Assembly (NCBI GenBank): GCA_040081365.1
Contig: JBEBGT010000001.1
Location: 1-34,891 of the forward strand
DNA from: Candidatus Eiseniibacteriota bacterium
Lineage (GTDB): Bacteria > Eisenbacteria > RBG-16-71-46
DNA length: 34,891 nt
Reading direction: 5' to 3'
Shown here: piece after piece, positions 1-6,608 of the stretch
Position numbering within the stretch: the stretch's first letter is position 1
Layout: every line of letters begins with the position of its first letter
Translations under genes and position numbers: made by a program
Notes under the pieces: generated by a model
Told to the model about the DNA's origin: nothing
What the model saw: the letters and a program-made list of their open reading frames with translations, nothing else
The model's database searches: none

Positions 1-1023
1 CTGCTGTGCGCCATGCTCGTTCCCGCCCGCGCGCACGGGGAGCCCGCCGCGGGCTTCCCCGTGGACACACTGCTCGCCACGCTGCGCACCAGGTCCGTGC
101 ATCGCCACCACGTGAACTGGGAGGCCGCCGCTGCGGAACTGCGAACCCGGGTGGCGGGGGCATCGGACGATGAGTCCTGCGCGCGCGCCGTGGTGGCGTT
201 GTTCGAACGCATGGGTGACGTACACTCGGTGTTCACGCACGCCGGCCGGAGCTATTCGCACTACGACGCGCTGCCGGACACGGTGCGCGCACGATTGCTG
301 CCGATGCTCGATCGCGAACGCGAGCAGGCCGGTCGCGTGGAGTCGAGCTGGCTGACCGGCGACCATGCCTACGTGCGGGTGCCGAGCATGGACGCTTGGA
401 CACCCGAGCAGGTGCAGGCGCTCACCGAACAGCTCTACGCACAGGTGAACCGGCTCGCGGCGCAGAAGCCCCGGGGCTGGTTGATCGACCTGCGACTGAA
501 TGGCGGCGGCAACCTGTACCCCATGCTCGCCGGGCTCGCCCCGGTCCTGGGTACCGGGGTCGTGGGCGGAACGGTGGACGCCGACGGTCGCGAGGTGCAG
601 AGCTGGGTGCTCAAGCCCGACGGTCTGTATTGGCGTGACGCTGGCGGTGACCGGCGCTTCGCCGGCCTGGATCCCGTCATGCGCGAGCGCCGCGTCCCAC
701 TGCCCGCGGCGGTCCTCGTGGGGCCGGTCACGCGGAGCTCGGGCCAAGCGGTCGCCATGGCCTTTCGGGGCCGGGCCCGCACCGTGTTGATCGGCGAGCC
801 CACGGCGCGCGGTTACACCACCGTGACGGCGCCGTTCGTGCTGGGCGAGCGCACGACGCTGCTGCTCGCGGTGGGATCCATGCGCGACCGGCGCGGCGAT
901 GTGCACGAATCCGAGCTGCTGCCGGACGTGAACGTGTATGGTGGCGACGATTTCGAGTCGCCGCTTCAGGACCGTAAGGTGCGTGCGGCGCTCGAATGGC
1001 TGCGCCATCAGGGCGGGCGCTGA
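1..1023 (+). CDS. S41-family serine peptidase (C-terminal processing peptidase-like); 5' end probably lies outside the window
   Basis: The frame of ORF 13..1023 stays open back to base 1 (LLCA precedes the first Met, and ...ARA/HG looks like the end of a signal peptide). LIDLRLNGGGN and VLVGPVTRSSGQAVAMAF resemble the S41 catalytic core. Confidence 0.75.
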   Translation: MLCAMLVPARAHGEPAAGFPVDTLLATLRTRSVHRHHVNWEAAAAELRTRVAGASDDESCARAVVALFERMGDVHSVFTHAGRSYSHYDALPDTVRARLLPMLDREREQAGRVESSWLTGDHAYVRVPSMDAWTPEQVQALTEQLYAQVNRLAAQKPRGWLIDLRLNGGGNLYPMLAGLAPVLGTGVVGGTVDADGREVQSWVLKPDGLYWRDAGGDRRFAGLDPVMRERRVPLPAAVLVGPVTRSSGQAVAMAFRGRARTVLIGEPTARGYTTVTAPFVLGERTTLLLAVGSMRDRRGDVHESELLPDVNVYGGDDFESPLQDRKVRAALEWLRHQGGR

Positions 1024-1067
1024 GCCGCGTCGCGCAGGGCCCCGACGAACACCGACGGAGGGCGGTC

Positions 1068-1544
1068 ATGAGCGAGAAGCGTCGTCTGCTGGACCAGGTC
1101 GATCGTGCGTATCGTGCGCATGCGTGGTGTGGAGCGTCGCTACTGGAATCGCTCGACGGCCTTTCGGCCGTCACGGCCGCGAAGCGGCCGTTGAAACACG
1201 CGCACTCGATCTGGGAGATCGTCGAGCACGTGGCGAGCTGGAACGAGATCGTGGCGTGGCGCCTGATCGGCGAGACCCCCGAGGTGACGCCCGAGCTGAA
1301 CTTCCCGCCGGTCACGAAGACGACCCCCGCCGCCTGGAAGGCCACGTTGCGGCGGCTCGCGCGCACGCAGAAGAAATTTCGCGCCGCCGTGGAGGCATTT
1401 CCGGTGGCGATGCTGGGCCGCAAGCGACCCAGGCTGAACTACACATGGGACGTGCTACTGCAGGGCCAGATCCAGCACCAGCTGTACCACGCCGGCCAGA
1501 TCGCGATGCTGCGGCGCGGGCTGGGGAAAGCGCTGAAGGGATAG
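1068..1544 (+). CDS. DinB-family (DinB_2/DUF664-like four-helix bundle) protein
   Basis: Internal ATG at 1068 of ORF 996..1544 is preceded by GGAGGG (1058-1063). His-containing helices typical of DinB: HSIWEIVEHVASW and IQHQLYHAGQIAMLRR. Confidence 0.75.
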   Translation: MSEKRRLLDQVDRAYRAHAWCGASLLESLDGLSAVTAAKRPLKHAHSIWEIVEHVASWNEIVAWRLIGETPEVTPELNFPPVTKTTPAAWKATLRRLARTQKKFRAAVEAFPVAMLGRKRPRLNYTWDVLLQGQIQHQLYHAGQIAMLRRGLGKALKG

Positions 1545-1745
1545 GGCGCTCGCAGCGCGACGTGCGCCGAGCGACCGCCCGTGGGACACGGGCCCACACG
1601 CAAGGGGCTTGAAGTGCCCATGCGCGAGGACTAGCCTTGAAGGGTCATCGATCGCGCCCGGCCTCAGGGTGGATTCGGTAGCAGCCGACTCGAGTGTCGG
1701 TAGCGCGGCCGCCAGCCGGCCGCGAGCGCCCCGTGGAGGCTGCGC

Positions 1746-3089
1746 ATGTGTCGCACCGGTTTGTCTCAAAGATTCGGTGGTGCGGGGTTGTTGGCCCTGT
1801 GCTTGTGCTCGCCGATCCCGGCACATGCCTACCAGGTTCCGGACCTGCAGGGACACTGGGAGTTCAACAGCATCGCGTCCGGGCCCGGGGCCCCGTGGTG
1901 GGAGCGCGCGACCGCGACGATCGCGCCCAACGGTGCGTTCTCGTCGCTCACGAATGACAACACGGGCAGTTCGGGCAGCGCGCAGGGCACGCTCGCGTTG
2001 TCGCCCGCCGGCATCGTCACGCTCGCCGGCGCGAGTGTGTTCCGCGCGGCGCTCGACCAGGGCACCACCGTGTTGGTCGGCACCGACACGTGGTCGGGGT
2101 TCGGTGCGGGTACGACCGAGCTGCGCGTGGGACTCAAGATGGGCCCGAGCTATGCGCCGGCGGAGATGGCCGGCGCGTGGGAGGTGAACACCATTGCCTC
2201 CGGCCCCGGCGCACCGTGGTGGCAACGAGGACGTATCACGGTGGCCGCGAACGGAGGGTTCTCGGGTACGTTCACCGACAGTGATGGCGCATCGGATCCC
2301 GTGGTTGGAACGTTCACGCTCACGCCGGCGGGTGTGCTCACGTTCGCGGGTTCGCCGACCGGTCGAGGCGTGCTCGATGTGGGCAGGACCGTCCTGGTGA
2401 TGACCAGCACCTGGACGGGGTTCGCGGCGGGCACGGTGGACCTGAGCGTTGGCCTCAAGATGGCGGCTTCGTACACGTTGGCCGATCTCGTGGGCACGTG
2501 GGACGTGAACGGCCTCGCCACCGGCCCTGGTGCGCCGTGGTGGACGCGCAGCCACATCACGATCGCGGCCGACGGCAGCTTCACGAGCGCGAACACCGAG
2601 AGCAACGGCACGATCAGCAACACGAGCGGCACGCTGAGCATCAGCCCTGCCGGGGTGATCACACGCGTGGGCTCGAGCACCGCGCGCGGCGTGCTCGATG
2701 CCGACAAGACCGTGATGGTGTGGACCAACCTGTGGGCGTCGGGAGCACCGGGGACGACGCAGCTGGAGATCGCCACCAAGACCGGCGGCGCCACATTGGA
2801 CGCTCCCGGCCGGTGGCCCACGACGCTCGCGCTCGCGCCCGTCCGCCCCAACCCCGCGGCGCGCGGGCCGCTGACCGTGAGCTTCGTGCTCGCGAACGAA
2901 ACCCCGGCGTGGCTGGAGCTGTTCGACGTGAACGGCCGGTGCGTCGAGCGCCGCGACGTCGGTGCTCTAGGTGCGGGGCCGCACGAGCTTGCTCTCGGGA
3001 TGACCCGGAAGCTGCCCGGCGGGATCTACCTGATGCGCATGCGTCAAGGTGAGCTGTCGCGCGTTCAGCGCGTCGTCGTGTTGAACTGA
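1746..3089 (+). CDS. Secreted repeat protein (three ~107-aa tandem repeats) with C-terminal FlgD-Ig/T9SS-like sorting domain
   Basis: GGAGG lies 6 nt upstream of ATG 1746. Signal peptide LLALCLCSPIPAHA. The repeat signature G.W(E/D)(F/V)N..A(S/T)GPGAPWW.R occurs three times. The C-terminal ~85 aa (PVRPNPAARGPLTVSF...LELFDVNGRCV...GGIYLMRMRQG...VVVLN) match the PNP...G.Y(F/L).R pattern of Por-secretion/FlgD-like tails. Confidence 0.8.
   Translation: MCRTGLSQRFGGAGLLALCLCSPIPAHAYQVPDLQGHWEFNSIASGPGAPWWERATATIAPNGAFSSLTNDNTGSSGSAQGTLALSPAGIVTLAGASVFRAALDQGTTVLVGTDTWSGFGAGTTELRVGLKMGPSYAPAEMAGAWEVNTIASGPGAPWWQRGRITVAANGGFSGTFTDSDGASDPVVGTFTLTPAGVLTFAGSPTGRGVLDVGRTVLVMTSTWTGFAAGTVDLSVGLKMAASYTLADLVGTWDVNGLATGPGAPWWTRSHITIAADGSFTSANTESNGTISNTSGTLSISPAGVITRVGSSTARGVLDADKTVMVWTNLWASGAPGTTQLEIATKTGGATLDAPGRWPTTLALAPVRPNPAARGPLTVSFVLANETPAWLELFDVNGRCVERRDVGALGAGPHELALGMTRKLPGGIYLMRMRQGELSRVQRVVVLN
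1842..2804 (+). repeat. In-frame tandem triplication (~321 nt per unit) inside CDS 1746..3089
   Basis: Units begin at DLQGHWEFNSIASGPGAPWWERA, MAGAWEVNTIASGPGAPWWQRG and LVGTWDVNGLATGPGAPWWTRS. Each ends with a ...T.L.VGLKM-like segment. Confidence 0.7.
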
Positions 3090-3217
3090 CGCGGAGGCGC
3101 GGGACGCGGACGTGGCTACCAAGCGGCCACCAAGCGCCCATCCCTCATCGTCTCTAGATGAATCGGCGACCAAGTGTGCGGCTCGGCCCGGCGCGCCGTT
3201 GCGAGCCCGGTCGGCGC

Positions 3218-4042
3218 TCAGGGCGCGCCGGCTCCGCCCACGAGTTCGTAGCCGAACTCGTACGATGAAGGCGCCAGCACGGCGCCGCGCGCGAGCGGGT
3301 GCGAGCCGCGCAGCCGCCACGACGAACCTGACGCGCAGTCCTGCACGCGATGCCCGGCGAACGCGATGCGGACGACGCTCGTGATCCCGGATCCGCGCGG
3401 CGGGAACAGCGCCTGCGTGCCCACGGATGCGTCCTCGCCCTCGACGAGCCCGGCGGGCAGGCAGTCGGCGGAAACGTCGAGCCCGTCGGCGTGCACGGAA
3501 CCCCGCCAGTGGCCGCGCGTGTCCCGTGCCAACTCCGCGCGGCCGTACGTGGCGTAGTGGCCCTTGCCGCGCATGAACTGGACGAACGCGCGGTCGGGCA
3601 GCCAGAACTCGAGCACCAGATACGGCAGCCCGGGCCCGAGATCTGCCGCACTGTCCGCTGGCGCGACTCGCGCGAACCACAGCGCCGCGGCGCCGTGCGC
3701 CGGCCACGCGGGGGAGCGCCCGTCGAGCGTGAACGTGCCGGCCTGCACGATCTCGAGAAACGAGACGCCCCAGCCGCGCCACTGCGGATGCGCGGCGAGT
3801 TGCTCCACGGCCCAACCGACGCCTCCTGCGGCGAGTTCACCGATCGTGACGAATCGCAACTCGCCCGGCAGCCGCTCGCGCACGGTGGCGGTGTCGAAGG
3901 CGACCCACGCGGCGATCTCGTGCGGATCGCGGATGACAAGCTGCGTGCGCGCGCCCTCGGGAACGGCCAGCTCTCGCGCGGTGGCCGCGCGGCCACCTGC
4001 AACCAGAGTGGTGATTGCGAGTGCCAGCAGAAGAATTGTCAT
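3218..4042 (-). CDS. Hypothetical secreted protein (no family recognised)
   Basis: Internal ATG (4042) of ORF 3218..4288 is preceded on the minus strand by GGAGGAG. N-terminus MTILLLALAITTLVAGG looks like a signal peptide. The longer ORF N-terminus overlaps the tRNA-like relic and looks non-coding. Confidence 0.6.
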   Translation of the reverse strand: MTILLLALAITTLVAGGRAATARELAVPEGARTQLVIRDPHEIAAWVAFDTATVRERLPGELRFVTIGELAAGGVGWAVEQLAAHPQWRGWGVSFLEIVQAGTFTLDGRSPAWPAHGAAALWFARVAPADSAADLGPGLPYLVLEFWLPDRAFVQFMRGKGHYATYGRAELARDTRGHWRGSVHADGLDVSADCLPAGLVEGEDASVGTQALFPPRGSGITSVVRIAFAGHRVQDCASGSSWRLRGSHPLARGAVLAPSSYEFGYELVGGAGAP

Positions 4043-4219
4043 GGGCTCCTCCGGGCGGGAAAGTGCCGGACGCGCAGCCGGCCACCGCGTGCATGGTAGC
4101 TCCCGGTCGCGCGCCCGCAAACGTGCCTTGACCGGGTGCGCAGTGAGACATGCGGTTTGACAGACCGCTGCTTGCGCCGCTTTGAGAGCCTCGTGTGTTG
4201 CGCCATCGTGCTGCCCCGT

Positions 4220-4263
4220 GGCCCCGTAGCTCAGACGGATAGAGCAGCGGTGTCCTAAACCAT
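4220..4263 (+). pseudogene. tRNA-Arg(CCU)-like 5' half (acceptor 5' strand, D-arm, anticodon arm) with no T-arm or acceptor 3' strand
   Basis: GGCCCCG-TA-GCTC-AGACGGATA-GAGC-A-GCGGT-GTCCTAA-ACCAT has T8, A14, G18G19, a 4-bp D stem and U33 followed by CCT. The anticodon stem loses pairing at its last two positions. The downstream sequence (ACTGAACCCAGCGCCTATGTGTCACAGG) has no GTTCRA T-loop and no CGGGGCC acceptor complement. Confidence 0.55.
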
Positions 4264-4456
4264 ACTGAACCCAGCGCCTATGTGTCACAGGCCGCGTCCG
4301 ATATTTCCGCCGGCCAGAGCTCAGCGGCTATGAACAGTCCCGGCCCGCCTGTCGCTGGGCGACCTTCGTCTCTCGGATGCCAGTGAAGTATGAAGTTCGT
4401 GTGGCCGATATCCGTGGTGTTAGCCGATGCAACAAATTCGAGCCACGGAGGGTCCT

Positions 4457-5197
4457 GTGCGAACGACTGGTAAATGGGGTGTTCTGCTCGCGGTAGCGAT
4501 GTGTCTGCTGGCTACGCCCACGTTCGCGCGTGTGGGTCCGTACGCCAGACTCGCCTTCGGTGGCGATCAGCTTCGCATGGGCGAGGGCAACGCGTTTCTC
4601 CAGGAGGTCGAGCAGAGCTTCCAATCCCAGGGACTGGCGGTGGACTTCGACAAGGTCCGCATGACCACGGGGCCCAGCCTGGCTGCTGGGTTGTGGTTGC
4701 TGCCGGGGTTCCGGGTCGGGGCCACCTACGCGGCCGGGCACTCCTACACCGAGAACCGGGTGCATGTGCCGGGATTCTTCTTCTATGCGGAGGACCTGGA
4801 CTTCCGGTTGGAAGAGGTCGGGGCCGAAGCCGCGATCACGGTCGATCGGTGGGCGGGATTCACGCTCGGAGGCCATGTCGCGCGCTCGCGCGCCAAGATG
4901 GTCGAAGGGCATACCGAACAGGACTTCGCAGGCGGCTCTGGAGACCTTTTCATCGACGCCACTGCCGAGAGGACCAAGCTCACCTACGGTGCCTATGTGG
5001 GCATCGAGCAACGCAACGAGCATGGCATCGTGGGTTACCTTCGCGCGGGCTATCAGTTCCGCGACATGGGCAACATGCCGAGCAACCTGGTCGTCTCGGA
5101 CGGCTTCTCGAGCGTCCCGAGCACGTCCACGACGATCGGTCTGGACTTCAGCGGCTATTACCTGCGGTTCGGTGTCGGCGTCGACTTCCGGCAGTGA
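4457..5197 (+). CDS. Outer-membrane beta-barrel protein (OmpA-N/OmpW-like small barrel), hypothetical
   Basis: GTG 4457 has GGAGG 5 nt upstream. Signal peptide GVLLAVAMCLLATPTFA. Alternating hydrophobic beta-strand pattern with aromatic girdles (GATYAAGHSY, GAYVGIEQR, GYLRAGYQF, YYLRFGVGVDFRQ). Confidence 0.65.
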   Translation: MRTTGKWGVLLAVAMCLLATPTFARVGPYARLAFGGDQLRMGEGNAFLQEVEQSFQSQGLAVDFDKVRMTTGPSLAAGLWLLPGFRVGATYAAGHSYTENRVHVPGFFFYAEDLDFRLEEVGAEAAITVDRWAGFTLGGHVARSRAKMVEGHTEQDFAGGSGDLFIDATAERTKLTYGAYVGIEQRNEHGIVGYLRAGYQFRDMGNMPSNLVVSDGFSSVPSTSTTIGLDFSGYYLRFGVGVDFRQ

Positions 5198-5212
5198 TCG
5201 ACCAATCGTCAC

Positions 5213-6157
5213 TCACCGCAGGGCGCCGCCCAGCCAGCGCATCACGTTGAGCGTGAACTGCCGGTCGTCGTTGCCGGGGGCATTCATGCCCATCGGTGTG
5301 CGCTGCCGGCCCGCGACCTGAGCGGTCAGCATCGCGGCTTCGGCGAGCACCACCACGCGACCCCTCCCGAACGTGAGCGCGAGCGCCTGTGAACGGCCTG
5401 CGGCGCTCTGGCGCAGCTCGGGCTTCACGTGTTCGAGGCTCTCGCCCAGGCCCACCAACAGGTCCACGGCTCGCGGGCTCAGCGTGAGCAGCGATAGCGC
5501 TCCGGGTGGGCCATTCAGCGACTGGCCGGTGAAACACACGACGCGATGCACGGTCTCCGTGCTATCGCGGCCGCGCACGATCGCGTGCGCGTCGTCGAGC
5601 CCGCGCCCCACGGAGTAGCTCAGGATGCTCGGCCGGCCGTCGTCCGCGCGGTCGGGGTCGGTGGTGTAGGCCGCGCGCATCTCGACACCGAAGCGCGCGG
5701 CCAGGGTGCGCGCCGCGTCGCCCATGGGTGCGTGGTCCGCGATCAGCAGGAGCGCGCCGCCGTCACGCACCCAGCTGGCCATGGCCTCACACTCGTCCGG
5801 CGTGAACGCGGGCCGGCGCGCGTCGTCATGATCCATCTTCTCGTGCCCGAGCGCATTGGCGATGACCACGATGTCCGCGGACGCCAACGTGCTCGCGGAG
5901 AACGCCACGCTGTTCGGCGTCACCGTGCAGCCATCGGCGCGCATGAGCTTGGCGAATGGCAGGTAGCGCCCGGTGCTGGTGTGGAAGTTGTGATGCGCTT
6001 CGTCGAACAGTACGCGCGGGCCGTGGGCGGCGTAGGCCGGCCTCGCGACGCGTGTGTCGAACGCCGTATCGGGGGACTGTTGGGCGCCGGCGGCAGGCGC
6101 AAGCAATCCGGCGCACAACACCACCACCGGGATGAGCCGCACGTTCGTGGCGACCAT
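5213..6157 (-). CDS. Secreted hypothetical protein, DUF4350/GldG-like (GATase1-like fold) by motif resemblance
   Basis: Signal peptide MVATNVRLIPVVVLCAGLLAPAAGA. An alternative ATG at 6187 is also possible. Motifs VLFDEAHHNFHT, IVVIANALG and GGALLLIADHAP are typical of DUF4350-type proteins. The longer ORF start at 6331 has no signal-peptide logic. Confidence 0.6.
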   Translation of the reverse strand: MVATNVRLIPVVVLCAGLLAPAAGAQQSPDTAFDTRVARPAYAAHGPRVLFDEAHHNFHTSTGRYLPFAKLMRADGCTVTPNSVAFSASTLASADIVVIANALGHEKMDHDDARRPAFTPDECEAMASWVRDGGALLLIADHAPMGDAARTLAARFGVEMRAAYTTDPDRADDGRPSILSYSVGRGLDDAHAIVRGRDSTETVHRVVCFTGQSLNGPPGALSLLTLSPRAVDLLVGLGESLEHVKPELRQSAAGRSQALALTFGRGRVVVLAEAAMLTAQVAGRQRTPMGMNAPGNDDRQFTLNVMRWLGGALR

Positions 6158-6608
6158 GGCTGCACGAGGAGTCCCGTCGGGGCGCATGAAGTCACGGTCC
6201 GTTCGATCGACTGCGTGTCGCGTCCGCCCGCGTGCGAGTGCCATGGCTCCGACCTTGGTCGAGCCTACGAGCGTCGTCCAGCCCGAGCCGACGTGCGCGG
6301 GTGGAACGCCATACGAGCGTCGAGACATCACGTGCGAATGGAACCATGCGCGCGCGACCGTGCGTGGAGATCGGAGCGTGTCGTCGGGTCTGGTGATCGC
6401 ACGTGGCGAGTCCGTTCGGTCATGCCGGACGACAGCGCGCAGCGCGCCTGCTGTGCAGCGAGGGGCTCTCCGCGCTTGGCATGTGCTGTACCTACTTCAC
6501 CGGGCCAAGACATCCGGTGTGTACGCCAACAGGACCGTGGCCGTGGCCGTGGGGGCGTGTGACGCTCGCACGCGGGTCATCGGAAACCTGTAGTGGCGTG
6601 GAGGGAAC

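Noticed and set aside
1455-2555. Very long ORFs antisense or out of frame to recognisable genes. Examples: 1455..2555(-), 9325..10569(+), 11455..12615(+), 16592..18229(-), 17674..19287(-), 21547..23343(-), 23162..25426(-), 26013..27533(+), 32681..34279(+), 34057..34881(-).
   Set aside because: Their products are Arg/Ala/Pro/Gly-rich with no motifs, and they overlap genes with clear family signatures on the other strand or frame. Stop-codon scarcity in ~70% GC DNA produces such shadow ORFs routinely.
4264-4456. Possibility that the tRNA-Arg(CCU) fragment is the 5' exon of a group-I-intron-containing tRNA, as known for tRNA-Arg(CCU) in some alphaproteobacteria. CAAATTCG at ~4433 resembles a P4 segment.
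   Set aside because: No 3' exon (ACCGC..., T-arm, CGGGGCC-A) follows within a plausible intron length. The CGGGGCC heptamers at ~4668 and ~4716 lie inside the well-supported OMP coding sequence and lack an adjacent T-arm. The GGAGG near 4448 is better explained as the SD of that gene.
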